From the NCBI GenBank assembly GCA_963718235.1, contig CAVQYR010000001.1:1472001-1536000 (forward strand): 64,000 bases of DNA, written 5' to 3'. Numbering within the stretch: the stretch's first letter is position 1; each line of letters opens with the position of its first letter. Below the pieces are notes generated by a model, which saw only the letters and a program-made list of their open reading frames with translations, was not told the DNA's origin and did no database searches. Position numbers and translations under genes: made by a program. Source of the stretch: an uncultured Actinomycetota bacterium. Its GTDB lineage: Bacteria > Actinomycetota > Actinomycetes > JAHEKZ01. This document shows positions 1 to 9,778 of the stretch, piece by piece.

Positions 1-299
1 CGGCGCAGCATGCCCAGGGCGGCGGCTGCGGCCCCCGGCTGGCCGGCGATCAGCGTGTACTGGGCTCGCTCGGCCCGACGTCCGAAGACGATGGTGGCCA
101 GGAGGAGCCCGGAGACCAGTCCGAGGAGCCCGAACATGATCGGGCTGTCGAGGACGAACCCGAGGGCGAGCAGCAGCACGAACGGCAGCAGGAACGCGCC
201 CGCCAACCAGAGGGCGATCTTCGGGTCGGCCTTCTTGGTGACCTTGTAGACCTGAAGGATCTGGGCGATACGACCGGGCTTTCCGTCCTTGCGTGACAT
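1..299 (-). CDS. DUF4191 family membrane protein (runs off the window edge)
   Basis: Manual translation MSRKDGKPGRIAQILQVYKVTKKADPKIALWLAGAFLLPFVLLLALG...IVFGRRAERAQYTLIAGQPGAAAAAL: two TM helices plus GQPGAA motif; usual position downstream of lipA; TAGGCT -10 box 7 nt before ATG. Confidence 0.85.
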   Translation of the reverse strand, partial: MSRKDGKPGRIAQILQVYKVTKKADPKIALWLAGAFLLPFVLLLALGFVLDSPIMFGLLGLVSGLLLATIVFGRRAERAQYTLIAGQPGAAAAALGMLR

Positions 300-317
300 G
301 CGCGCAAGCCTACGGTC

Positions 318-896
318 TCAGCCGATCGGACGGACGCCCACCACCCGCACCCAGCCCCCCGGCCGGATCACTCCCGGCCGCTCGACCCAGCCGGTCACTC
401 CCCTCAGGTGCATCGCCGCCTTCGGGAACTTCTCCGGCAGCGTGCCGTAACGGTCGTGGACGAGCCCGCCCGCGATCGTGCAGGGGTTGTTGGCGCCGAG
501 GACCACGACCACCGCTCCATCGGTGTCCTCGGAGTCGCCTTCGCCCTCGAAAACCAGCCGGGTCATCGGGGCAAGCTGGCTCAGCCGGTCGATGCCCGAG
601 GTGCACACGTTGTCGGCGACCGTGCCCGGGGCCAGCTGGGACAGCCCGAGTTTGGCTGCCACCTGAGCGAGCTCCCCGGCGTCGACAATCGACACCTGCC
701 GGTTGTTGCGGATCTGGGTGCCGGGCTCGTAGAGCCAGCGCTGCCGGACGTCGCTGCTCATGGTGACGCCGTGGTGGCGGTCACCGACCGGACCGCCGAA
801 GTCGAGCTCGAGGGCGCTCACCGCCTGTGGGGCGGAGGCTCCGTGCGGCCACACGTGGACGGCGAGGGTCGTGCCCTCGATGGGGGTGTCGGTCAC
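318..896 (-). CDS. MOSC domain-containing protein
   Basis: G-GDRH, RQVSIV, GTVADNV and NNPC motifs, [17 protein letters not shown]-terminus; GTG overlaps the lipA stop by 4 nt. Confidence 0.8.
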   Translation of the reverse strand: MTDTPIEGTTLAVHVWPHGASAPQAVSALELDFGGPVGDRHHGVTMSSDVRQRWLYEPGTQIRNNRQVSIVDAGELAQVAAKLGLSQLAPGTVADNVCTSGIDRLSQLAPMTRLVFEGEGDSEDTDGAVVVVLGANNPCTIAGGLVHDRYGTLPEKFPKAAMHLRGVTGWVERPGVIRPGGWVRVVGVRPIG

Positions 897-1822
897 GACG
901 ACGTCCGCGCTGCCGTGGCCTGCTGGTACAGCCGGCCGGCGCGGTACGACGAGCGCACCAGTGGACCGCTCATGACACCGAGGAAGCCCAGCTGCAGCGC
1001 GTGCCGTCCGAAGGTGTCGAACTCGTCAGGCTCCACCCACCGCTCGACGGGGTGGTGGCGCTCGCTCGGTCGCAGGTACTGGGTGATCGTCAGCAGGTCA
1101 CAGCCCGCCTCGCGGAGGTCGCTCATGGTCTGCTCGACCTCCTCGGGGGTCTCGCCCATGCCGAGGATGAGGTTGGACTTGGTCACCAGGCCGGCCGCCC
1201 GCGCGGCGTCGATGACCGCGAGCGAGCGGTCGTAGCGGAAGCCCGGCCGGATCCTCCGGAAGACGCGACGGACCGTCTCGACGTTGTGCGCGAAGACCTC
1301 CGGTGCCGCGTCGAAGACCTCCTGCAGCAGCTCAGGTCGCCCTGAGAAGTCGGGGGCGAGCAGCTCGACGCCGCTGTCGGGGTTCAGCGCATGGATCTGG
1401 CGCACGGTCTCGGCGTACAGCCAGGCACCTTCGTCGTCGAGGTCGTCGCGTGCGACGCCGGTGACGGTCGCGTACCGCAGTCCCATCGTGGCGACACTCT
1501 CGGCGACCCGCCGGGGCTCGTCGCGGTCGAGCGCGGCCGGTCGTCCGGTGTCGATCTGGCAGAAGTCACAACGCCGAGTGCACTGGTCGCCACCGATCAG
1601 GAACGTCGCCTCACGGTCCTCCCAGCACTCGAAGATGTTGGGGCAGGCCGCTGCCTCGCACACGGTGTGCAGGCCCTCGTCGCGAACAAGCCCCTTGATC
1701 TCCGTGTACGCCGGACCGGTGCGCAGCCGGGTCTTGATCCACGGCGGCTTGTGCTCGATCGGGGTCTCGGCGTTGCGGACCTCCAGGCGCAGCAGCCTAC
1801 GTCCTTCGGGGGCGACGGTCAC
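893..1822 (-). CDS. lipA: Lipoyl synthase
   Basis: [12 protein letters not shown] and CTRRCDFC cluster motifs, C-terminal PLVRSSYRA. Confidence 0.98.
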   Translation of the reverse strand: MTVAPEGRRLLRLEVRNAETPIEHKPPWIKTRLRTGPAYTEIKGLVRDEGLHTVCEAAACPNIFECWEDREATFLIGGDQCTRRCDFCQIDTGRPAALDRDEPRRVAESVATMGLRYATVTGVARDDLDDEGAWLYAETVRQIHALNPDSGVELLAPDFSGRPELLQEVFDAAPEVFAHNVETVRRVFRRIRPGFRYDRSLAVIDAARAAGLVTKSNLILGMGETPEEVEQTMSDLREAGCDLLTITQYLRPSERHHPVERWVEPDEFDTFGRHALQLGFLGVMSGPLVRSSYRAGRLYQQATAARTSS

Positions 1823-1907
1823 GGGTCCACCTTACGTCGCCGGACTGGCGCCGGCCCGTCCGCCGGGAGTGGTGCTGGGGTCGCATGCGGCGCACGGCCG
1901 CACCGTG

Positions 1908-2600
1908 TCAGCGGGTGCGGATGAGCCCGTCGAGCCGCGCCTCGACGAGGGGGAGCACGTCTCGGACGCCAAGGGGACGGCCCAGCTCGTTGGACAGGGT
2001 CGTGACCCCGGCGTCGGCGATTCCGCACGGGACGATCGCGCCGTAGGACGACAGGTCGCAGTCGGCGTTGATCGCGAACCCGTGCATGGCAACCCCGCGC
2101 GAGACCCGGAGCCCGATCGCAGCCACCTTGCGGTCGGGACCTCGGTCGTCAGCCGGGATCCAGACTCCGCTGCGCCCTTCGACCCGGGCGGTGTGCAGGC
2201 CCAGCTCGTCGCAGACGTCGATGAGCAGCTGTTCGATCCTGCGCACGAAGGCGACGACGTCGATCGGGTCGGCAAGGCGCACGATCGGGTACCCGACGAG
2301 CTGTCCGGGCCCGTGCCAGGTGATCTTGCCGCCGCGGTCGACATCGACCACGGGCGTCGTCGTCACGCCCGGCTGGGGGCGGTCCCAGGAGTTGGTGCGC
2401 TTTCCGGCGGTGTAGACCGGTTCGTGCTCCAGCAGCAGCACCGTGTCGGGCGTAGCCCCGGACACGACCCCGCTGTGGATCTCGCGCTGCACGGCCCAGC
2501 CGGTCTCGTAGGGCACGAGATCGGGCGCGAAGCCCAGGTGCACGACGCGCAGCGCGCTGCCGGTGGACGTCGGAGAGGCGGACGTCGTCGTCGATGTCAC
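1908..2600 (-). CDS. lipB: Octanoyltransferase
   Basis: [43 protein letters not shown]. Confidence 0.97.
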   Translation of the reverse strand: MTSTTTSASPTSTGSALRVVHLGFAPDLVPYETGWAVQREIHSGVVSGATPDTVLLLEHEPVYTAGKRTNSWDRPQPGVTTTPVVDVDRGGKITWHGPGQLVGYPIVRLADPIDVVAFVRRIEQLLIDVCDELGLHTARVEGRSGVWIPADDRGPDRKVAAIGLRVSRGVAMHGFAINADCDLSSYGAIVPCGIADAGVTTLSNELGRPLGVRDVLPLVEARLDGLIRTR

Positions 2601-2713
2601 AGGCCCCAGGCTACGCGTCGCCGTCTCGCGCCCGATCGCGCCCGAAACTGGTACTGATCGGGCGAGAAACCTGGGCGAGCGGGCTGACTGGCGCGTCAGT
2701 AGGCTCCCGGCCC

Positions 2714-5086
2714 ATGGAGCAGCAGCGCACGAAGCAGGCCCGCGGAGCCGTCTGGATCGCCCTGGCCGTCATCCTCGGCTGGTTCGCCCTGGGCTCGGTG
2801 ATCGGCCCGGCCGCGGGCCAGCTGTCCAGCGCCCAGGAGAACGACAACGCGACCTTCCTGCCCGCCGACGCCGAGTCGACCCTGGTCATCGACAAGCAGG
2901 CCACCTTCGCCGAAGAGTCGACCCTGCCCGTCATCGTGCTGTTCTCCGACGACGGGGCCCTGACCGAGGACCAGCTCGCCGCGGTGAGTGCCTTCGCTGC
3001 GGACGCTCCGGACCTTCCGGTGGAGATCGGCCCATCGGGTCCGGCCACGGTCTCGGAGTTCCTCGGCACCGCACCGATCACCGTGGTCCCCTCCGAGGAC
3101 GGCGAAGCCGCCCTGGTCACCGTGGCGCTGGCCGAGGACAAGGTCACCGACGCCCTGGAGAACGGTGAGTCGCCCGTGCTCGCGGTGGTCGAGTCACTGA
3201 CCGACGGAGCCGCCGAAGCGGCCAGTCCGGTCGGCCTGCGGGCCTACGTGACGGGCCCGGGGGGCATCCTCGCCGACCTGATCTCGGTGTTCGGGGACAT
3301 CGACGGCACGCTGCTTCTGGCCACCGCGCTGGTGGTCACGGTGATCCTGATCCTGGTCTACCGCAGCCCGTTCCTGTGGGTCATCCCGTTGGTCAGCGCC
3401 GGGTTCGCGCTCAGCGTCGCCAGCGCCGTCGTGTACTTCCTGGCGAAGGCCGACATCGTCCAGCTGAACGGCCAGAGCCAGGGGATCCTCACCGTCCTGG
3501 TGTTCGGGTGCGGGACCGACTACGCCCTGCTCACCGTCAGCCGATACCGCGAGGAGCTGCACCTGCACGAGAGTCCCGTCGACGCGCTCAAGGCGGCATG
3601 GCGGGGCACCGTCGAGCCGATCGCCGCATCGGCCGGCACGGCATCGATCGGTCTGCTGATGCTGTTGTTCTCCGACCTCAACTCCAACAAGTCGACTGGG
3701 CCGGTTGCGGCGGTCGGCATCGTGTCCGCACTTGTCGTGATGCTCACCTTCCTTCCCGCTCTTCTTCTGGTGCCGGCCGCCGCGTTGCCGCTGGGCGCCC
3801 TGCTCGGCGTCTTGATCCCGGGCATCGTGCTCGACCTGCTCTTCGGCGTCTCGCTGACCCCGTTCGCGATCGTGGGCGGAGTGCTTGCCCTGGTCACCCT
3901 GGTCGGCGTCGTGGTGGGCGGCATCCTGCGCCTCGTCTACCGACACGGCGGCGGTCCGGCGTTCGTGCGCTGGCCGGCCGTGCGCTGGGCCTTCTGGCCG
4001 AAGGTGCCCCACGCGGACAGCGTCGACGAGAAGCTGTCCGGAGGCTGGTCGAAGGTGGCGGACGGGATCGGACGGCGTCCGAGGCTGGTCTGGATCGGCG
4101 CGGCCGGGGCCCTCCTCGTGCTCGCCGCCTTCAGCAGCACGCTGGACTCCAACGGGATCGCTACGACCGAGGCGTTCGTCGAGGACGTCGACTCGGTGGC
4201 CGGCCAGACCGAGCTGGCCAACCACTTCCCGGCCGGGGCCGGCAGTCCGGCGATCGTCATCGGACCTGCCGACCAGCTCGACGCGATGACCGCCACGCTC
4301 AGCGGGCTGGACGGCGTGGCCGCCGTCGTGCCGTTCACCGGCCAGCAGAGTGGTCCGCCCGACCCCGAGGCGCCCACTCCCGAGCCTGTGGTGGTCGACG
4401 GGCTCGTGCAGCTGCAGGTGACGCTCTCCGACCCCGCTGACTCAGCCGCTGCCGAGGACACGCTGGTCCAGATGCGGGCCGAGCTCGACGACGTCGCCGG
4501 CGGCGAGGCGCTGGTCGGTGGCACGACGGCGGTGAACTACGACACCCAGCAGGCCAGCAAGCGCGACAACCGCGTGGTCATCCCTCTCGTGCTCGCCGTG
4601 ATCTTCATCATCCTGATGATCCTGCTGAGGTCGCTGCTGGCCCCGGTGCTGCTGATCGGAACCGTCGTGCTGTCCTACTTCGCCACCCTTGGGCTGTCGG
4701 CCATCGCGTTCGACCTCAAGGGCTTCCCGGGCTCGGACGCCTCGTTCCCCTTGTTCACCTTCGTGTTCCTCGTCGCGCTCGGCATCGACTACAACATCTT
4801 CTTGATGACCCGGGTGCGCGAGGAGTCGTTCAAGCTCGGCACCCGGGCCGGGATCCTGCGCGGCCTCACCGTCACCGGCGGGGTGATCACCAGCGCGGGC
4901 GTCGTGCTCGCAGCGACCTTCCTCGTGCTCGGGATCCTGCCCCTCGTCTTCTTGCAGCAGATCGGTTTCGCGGTGGCCGCCGGCGTCCTGCTCGACACGC
5001 TGATCGTGCGATCGCTGCTCGTACCGGCGCTGAGCTACGACATCGGGCCCCCGATCTGGTGGCCCTCCGCACTCGCCAAGAAGTGA
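2714..5086 (+). CDS. MMPL/RND family transporter
   Basis: Two MMPL repeats (TGPGG...GTDYALL..RYREEL; GGTTA...[15 protein letters not shown]); start placed at ATG 2714 after TAGGCT -10. Confidence 0.93.
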   Translation: MEQQRTKQARGAVWIALAVILGWFALGSVIGPAAGQLSSAQENDNATFLPADAESTLVIDKQATFAEESTLPVIVLFSDDGALTEDQLAAVSAFAADAPDLPVEIGPSGPATVSEFLGTAPITVVPSEDGEAALVTVALAEDKVTDALENGESPVLAVVESLTDGAAEAASPVGLRAYVTGPGGILADLISVFGDIDGTLLLATALVVTVILILVYRSPFLWVIPLVSAGFALSVASAVVYFLAKADIVQLNGQSQGILTVLVFGCGTDYALLTVSRYREELHLHESPVDALKAAWRGTVEPIAASAGTASIGLLMLLFSDLNSNKSTGPVAAVGIVSALVVMLTFLPALLLVPAAALPLGALLGVLIPGIVLDLLFGVSLTPFAIVGGVLALVTLVGVVVGGILRLVYRHGGGPAFVRWPAVRWAFWPKVPHADSVDEKLSGGWSKVADGIGRRPRLVWIGAAGALLVLAAFSSTLDSNGIATTEAFVEDVDSVAGQTELANHFPAGAGSPAIVIGPADQLDAMTATLSGLDGVAAVVPFTGQQSGPPDPEAPTPEPVVVDGLVQLQVTLSDPADSAAAEDTLVQMRAELDDVAGGEALVGGTTAVNYDTQQASKRDNRVVIPLVLAVIFIILMILLRSLLAPVLLIGTVVLSYFATLGLSAIAFDLKGFPGSDASFPLFTFVFLVALGIDYNIFLMTRVREESFKLGTRAGILRGLTVTGGVITSAGVVLAATFLVLGILPLVFLQQIGFAVAAGVLLDTLIVRSLLVPALSYDIGPPIWWPSALAKK

Positions 5087-5102
5087 CCTCCGTCGTGTCG
5101 GC

Positions 5103-6239
5103 ATGAGCCAGCTCGGCTCACCCGCCCGCGACCGACGGGCCTACGCGTCCCTGCTGACGCTGGGCGTGGTCGACGCCGCCGCGTACTCGGTCATCGGGCC
5201 GGTGCTGCCGGTCATCGCCGAGGAGAACGGCGCCTCGGCGAGCACGATGGGTGTGTTCGCCGCCGTCTTTCCCCTCGTCATGCTGGTCGGCCTGGCTGCG
5301 TCCGGGCACCAGATCCGGCACGGGCGGCTGCGCCACGTGCTGGGGGTGTCGCTGGCCCTGCTCGCGGTCGGCGCGGGCGCGTTCGTGGTCACGTCGGACC
5401 TCGCCTGGCTGTTCGTCGCCCGGGCGGTGATGGGCCTGGGCTCCGGCGGTCTGTGGATGGGCGTCACGTTCCGGACGCTGGAGTACTGGCCCGGCCGCGA
5501 GTACCGGTGCATGAGCCGGATCTACGCCGCGTACTCGGTGGGGGCGCTCGTCGGGCCGGCGCTTGGCGCCCTTCCGGGCTCGCACCTGCCGTTCGCTGCG
5601 TACCTGGTCGTCCTGCTCGCGGTCTCCCCGCTCCTGCACTTCCTGCCCGAGCCTCTGGAGGCGCGCCCCTACGTCACCGACCACTCGTGGCGACGTCTGC
5701 CCGGCTTCTGGTACGCCGCCGGCGGCATCATGCTCGGCATGCTGGCCGTCGGGATGGTCGACGGCGTGCTCCCGCTGCACTTCAGCACGCTGCTCAGCCA
5801 GACCCAGATCGGGCTGGCGTACGTTGCGACTGCAGTGGTCACGGCGGCGGCCGCGGTCGCCTCGGGCCACCTGCGGCCGGGGGTGGCTCTGCTGCTGGGC
5901 GGCGTCGCGATGACCCTCGGCGTCACCGGCGCGGGGGCCACTACTGCGGTCAACGCGTGGCTGGTGGCCCTGGCCCTCATCGGCTTCGGCGGGGGTGCCG
6001 CCCAGACCGGTTCGACCGGGGTGCTGCTCGAGGAGATCCCCACGGACCGCATCGTCAGTGCGATGACGGTGTGGTCCCAGCTCGGGATCATGGGCTACTT
6101 CATCGCCCCTGCAGTGGGCGGCCCGATGGCCGAGCACCTCGGCTATGCCTCACTGGGTCTGGTGCCACTCGCGCTGGGGGCGCTCACCCTGGTTCTGGGC
6201 ATCGTGACCAAGCGCTCGGACCGTTACGCGCAGCCTTAG
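5103..6239 (+). CDS. MFS transporter
   Basis: About 12 hydrophobic segments, ARAVMGLGSG and VGPALG motifs. Confidence 0.85.
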   Translation: MSQLGSPARDRRAYASLLTLGVVDAAAYSVIGPVLPVIAEENGASASTMGVFAAVFPLVMLVGLAASGHQIRHGRLRHVLGVSLALLAVGAGAFVVTSDLAWLFVARAVMGLGSGGLWMGVTFRTLEYWPGREYRCMSRIYAAYSVGALVGPALGALPGSHLPFAAYLVVLLAVSPLLHFLPEPLEARPYVTDHSWRRLPGFWYAAGGIMLGMLAVGMVDGVLPLHFSTLLSQTQIGLAYVATAVVTAAAAVASGHLRPGVALLLGGVAMTLGVTGAGATTAVNAWLVALALIGFGGGAAQTGSTGVLLEEIPTDRIVSAMTVWSQLGIMGYFIAPAVGGPMAEHLGYASLGLVPLALGALTLVLGIVTKRSDRYAQP

Positions 6240-6257
6240 CGTCACGGGGCGGTTCGC

Positions 6258-6983
6258 TCAGACCGCCCCGACCGGCAGTCGGGTCTCCACCGCGTCGTTC
6301 CCGACCCGCTCGACCCGGTAGGCGGCGGGTCCGTCGTCCGTGACGGTCTCGTCGGACAGGACGGCGACGGGCTCGACGCCTTCGTAGAGCACGCCGATCC
6401 CGTCGTCGGTGGCGTAGGACAGGGGCAGCGTGGCGTCGGCGACCAGGGAGTGGAGCAACGGACGTCGCTGCGGCTCGCTGTCGTAGTGCACGCCGTTGCC
6501 GTAGGGAAGCAGTGCGAGCCCGTCCGTGACGGCTCGCAGCTGAGGTCCGAACGAGTCGGTGGTGCCCCCGACGTGCCAACACAGGGAACCGGCGCTCACC
6601 CCGGCGAGCACGATGCCGGCGTCCCACGCTTCGGCGAACAGCGTGTCCAGTCCATGCGTGCGCCAAACCGCCAGCAGGTTGGCGACCGATCCTCCGCCGA
6701 CCCACACGAGGTCGGACCCGAGGATCGCATCGCGTGGCTCGAGGTTCGGCTGGGAGAACAGCTCGAGGTGCGAGACGTCGACCGACCATCCGCTCAATGC
6801 GGAGTAAGTGCGCGCCAGGTAGCCGCGGTCGTCGCCGCTGGCGGTCATCACCAGCGTGAGCCGCGGCCGCGACTTTCCGGTGAGTCGAAGCGCCTCGGCC
6901 ATGAGCCCCCCGGGACGCGCGACGTTCCAACGGTCGGTGGGCAGGAAGCCGCCACTCGTGGCGAGGATTCGTCGGGGGGTCAT
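6258..6983 (-). CDS. Peptidase E (S51 family)
   Basis: TASGD, WVGGGSVANL, GVSAGSLCW nucleophile elbow, GVHYDSE; ATG at 6983 overlaps the upstream stop. Confidence 0.9.
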   Translation of the reverse strand: MTPRRILATSGGFLPTDRWNVARPGGLMAEALRLTGKSRPRLTLVMTASGDDRGYLARTYSALSGWSVDVSHLELFSQPNLEPRDAILGSDLVWVGGGSVANLLAVWRTHGLDTLFAEAWDAGIVLAGVSAGSLCWHVGGTTDSFGPQLRAVTDGLALLPYGNGVHYDSEPQRRPLLHSLVADATLPLSYATDDGIGVLYEGVEPVAVLSDETVTDDGPAAYRVERVGNDAVETRLPVGAV

Positions 6984-8239
6984 GAGTCTCCTCGGTCGGC
7001 CAGGACGGCGTCGGCTGCGCGACGGCCGGAGACCATCGCACCCTGGATGGACGACGAGTCTCGGTGGTCTCCCGCGACGAACAGCCCCGGCTCGAGCCGC
7101 ACGGGACGTCGGAAGTCGTGCGGGGGAGCCATCGCCGGGAGGGCGCCGGCGATCGGGTACACGGCGACGTCGTCCCATGCACTCGTGTCGCACCCGTAGA
7201 GCACGGCGAGGTGTTGGCGGACTGCGGTCGCGGCGTGCGGGCCGGTGTCGGTGCCGAGCACCGACGACGAGACCAAGGCCTTGCCCGTCGGCGCGTATGA
7301 CGCCGAGGCATGGTTGATCACCACCGTGTTGACGACCGGTCCGCTGTGGTCGCCGTCCACGGAGAGCAACGGCTCCCCGTCGGCCAGCATGACGTCGTTG
7401 CTCGCGTGGTACCACGTGGTGACCTGATTCATGTCCGGCACGGCCAGTCCGGGCAACAGATCGGCAGCCGTGGTCGGGTCAGTGGCCACGACGACGGCCC
7501 GCGCCCGACGGACGCCGTCGTCGGTGGTGACCGTCCCGGGGGTCACGCTGTGCACCGGTGTGTTCAGCGTGACCGCTCCGTCTGGGAGCGGCGACGCAAG
7601 CTGCTCGGGGATCTGCTGCATGCCGAGCGCGGGGACCGACGGGGTTCCGCGCAGGAAGGTGCGGACCACGAGGTCGGCGAAGCGACGCGACGTCGTGAGG
7701 TCGGCCTCCAGGAACACGCCGCTGAGGAACGGGCGCAGCACGCAGTCGATGAAGCGTTCGGACAGCCCGAGACCTCGCAGGTGCTGCTCGGTGGTCGTGT
7801 CGAGCTCGTCGACGATGGCGCGAGGGTCGCGTCGCGCCTGGCGCACGACCCACGCCGCCAGGCGGGCCCGGTCACCGACGCCGCCGACCGGCGCCCGCAG
7901 CCCCTCCCAGACCCAGGTCGGGTGCTCGCGCGGGTCGCCCAGCCTCCAGCTGCGTCCCTGCAGTGCCACCTGCAGCCCGCGGCTCAGTGGTCGCAGATCA
8001 AGCGCAACGTGGTCGAGGACCCGTCGTCCCTCCGGGTAGGCGGGGTTGTACAGCTGGAAGCCGCGGTCGAGCCGGAAGCCGTCGACGACGTCGGTTCGGA
8101 CCCGACCTCCGACCGCGTCGGAGGCCTCGAGCACCTGGACGTCGAGGCCGGCCTCGTGCAGGACCCGTGCTGCGCACAGCCCGGCCAGGCCGGCGCCCAC
8201 GACGATGACGTCGTGCTCGCTCCCTCGTTCTGTGGTCAA
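6980..8239 (-). CDS. FAD-dependent oxidoreductase (amine oxidase/protoporphyrinogen oxidase-like)
   Basis: VVGAGLAGL dinucleotide motif, EASDAVGGRVRT, DRGFQ, AGDH..SIQGAMVSGRRAA. Confidence 0.9.
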   Translation of the reverse strand: MTTERGSEHDVIVVGAGLAGLCAARVLHEAGLDVQVLEASDAVGGRVRTDVVDGFRLDRGFQLYNPAYPEGRRVLDHVALDLRPLSRGLQVALQGRSWRLGDPREHPTWVWEGLRAPVGGVGDRARLAAWVVRQARRDPRAIVDELDTTTEQHLRGLGLSERFIDCVLRPFLSGVFLEADLTTSRRFADLVVRTFLRGTPSVPALGMQQIPEQLASPLPDGAVTLNTPVHSVTPGTVTTDDGVRRARAVVVATDPTTAADLLPGLAVPDMNQVTTWYHASNDVMLADGEPLLSVDGDHSGPVVNTVVINHASASYAPTGKALVSSSVLGTDTGPHAATAVRQHLAVLYGCDTSAWDDVAVYPIAGALPAMAPPHDFRRPVRLEPGLFVAGDHRDSSSIQGAMVSGRRAADAVLADRGDS

Positions 8240-8245
8240 CGCGCG

Positions 8246-8290
8246 CTCACCCCGCCCTCACCGGCTCTCACCCGGCTCTCACCTCTCACC
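8246..8290. repeat. Five short CTCACC direct repeats
   Basis: Copies at 8246, 8257, 8267, 8278 and 8285. Confidence 0.6.
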
Positions 8291-8392
8291 CGGCCCCCGG
8301 TCGCTTCGCCGTCGGAGGCTAGCGGGGTCGACGCTCCGGCGGCTGTGGATGGCGGCGGTCGTCGTTCCTCCCGATGCCTGACCCTTGGCGCC

Positions 8393-8797
8393 ATGAGTGG
8401 CGAGACCGACCCGCTGTGGCCGCTGCCGCACCTGCTGTCGGTGACCCGGCTCAGCCCCGACCAGCGTCGCACCGTGCTCGTGGGCGTCGTACTCGCCGTG
8501 GCTGCGGCTCACCGTCAGCGCCGTCCGGTGGGTCCGCTGCATCTCACCCATGTCGAGGTCGACGCCGGCGGGCGACCCACCCTGCGTGCGAGCGGCGTGC
8601 CTGAGGGCTGGACGGTCGACGACGACCTGCAGGCGGTCCGGCGGCTGGCCCGCTCACTGGGCTGCGCTGTCGCCACCGTCGGCGATCTCGAGGCGTTGGT
8701 GGTCGAGCTGCTGGCGGCGGGGGTCGAGCCGTTGCCCATCAGGCCGCGGCCAGCGCACCGGCGAGCGCGTCCTCGATGGTGGGGTCGTCGAAGGTGA
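8393..8797 (+). CDS. Hypothetical protein, possibly a degenerate kinase C-lobe fragment
   Basis: MSGETDPLWPLPHLL...AVAAAHRQRRPVGPLHLTHVEVDAGGRPTL; fills the intergenic gap; 3' end overlaps the TIGR01777 gene on the opposite strand. Confidence 0.45.
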   Translation: MSGETDPLWPLPHLLSVTRLSPDQRRTVLVGVVLAVAAAHRQRRPVGPLHLTHVEVDAGGRPTLRASGVPEGWTVDDDLQAVRRLARSLGCAVATVGDLEALVVELLAAGVEPLPIRPRPAHRRARPRWWGRRR

Positions 8798-9634
8798 ACC
8801 CGGCCTCCAGCAGCCGCGCCGGGAGCACGCGCGCGCTGCCGAGCACCTCCTGGGACATCTCGCCGAGCACCGCCTTGAGCGCGAAGGAGGGCACCGGGAG
8901 CACCGTGGGTCGGTGCAGCAGCGCGCCCATCGCCTTGGTGACCTCGGCGTTCGTCGCGGGGTTCGGCGCGGTGAGGTTGTAGGCGCCGGACAGCGGCTCT
9001 TGGTCGATGAGGAAGCGCAGTGCGCGCACCTCGTCGTGCAGCGAGATCCAGCTCCACCACTGGCTCCCGGAGCCGAGCCGACCTCCGACGCCGAGCCGGA
9101 ACAGCGGCCACATCCGGCCCCAGGCTCCCCCCTTGCCGGCCACCACCAGGCCGGACCTGGAGTGGACCACCCGGATCCCGGCGTCCGAGGCGGGCCGGGT
9201 GGAGGCCTCCCACGCCGTGACGACCTCGGCGAGGAACCCCTCACCGGGCGGGTCGGCCTCGGTGACCGCTCGGTCACCGGGACTGCCGTAGTAGCCGATG
9301 GCCGAGCCGCACACGAACACCGCGGGCAACGGGTCGAGTGCGGCAGCGGCCCGGGCGAGAGTGGCCGTGCCGACGACCCGACTGTCGCGGATCTCGCGCT
9401 TGTAGGACTCGCTCCAGCGCCTGTCCCCGACGCCGGGACCCGCGAGGTGAACGACCGCCTCGGTCCCGGCCAGGGCGTCCAGGTCGACCGTGCCGACCAT
9501 GGGGTCCCACGACACCTCGCCGACGCCGTGGTGGGCCGACGGACCAGTCGCAGAACCTCGTGGCCGTCGCCGACCAGCGACGCCGACAGAGCACTGCCGA
9601 TCAGACCAGATGCCCCAGAGATCGCGATCCTCAT
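8739..9634 (-). CDS. TIGR01777 family NAD-dependent epimerase, frameshifted near 9525
   Basis: N-terminus MRIAISGASGLIG in one frame; EVSWDP..VHLAG..GSAIGYYG..WSWISLHD in another; one base missing in ACGGC. Confidence 0.88.
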
Positions 9635-9660
9635 GGGCTCATCGTGTCGCGATGCCGGCG

Positions 9661-9695
9661 CCGGGGCTACTCGGGGCTACTCGGGGCTACTCGGG
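9661..9695. repeat. 10-bp tandem repeat (CGGGGCTACT) x ~3.5
   Basis: ccggggctac tcggggctac tcggggctac tcggg. Confidence 0.9.
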
Positions 9696-9708
9696 CACCG
9701 CCGTCTTT

Positions 9709-9770
9709 GTTGATCATGGAGAAGATGACGCCGTTCGGGCCCGAGAGTGGACATCATGTGCATGATCAAC
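9709..9770. repeat. Imperfect hairpin bounded by GTTGATCATG/CATGATCAAC (REP-like element or terminator)
   Basis: Perfect 10-bp terminal inverted repeat with a central TCGGGCCCGA palindrome; just downstream of the sucB stop. Confidence 0.7.
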
Positions 9771-9778
9771 TTGGGGGG

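Noticed and set aside
9520-9540. Programmed ribosomal frameshifting at the split genes
   Set aside because: No slippery heptamers; these families are normally single ORFs and indel error is simpler
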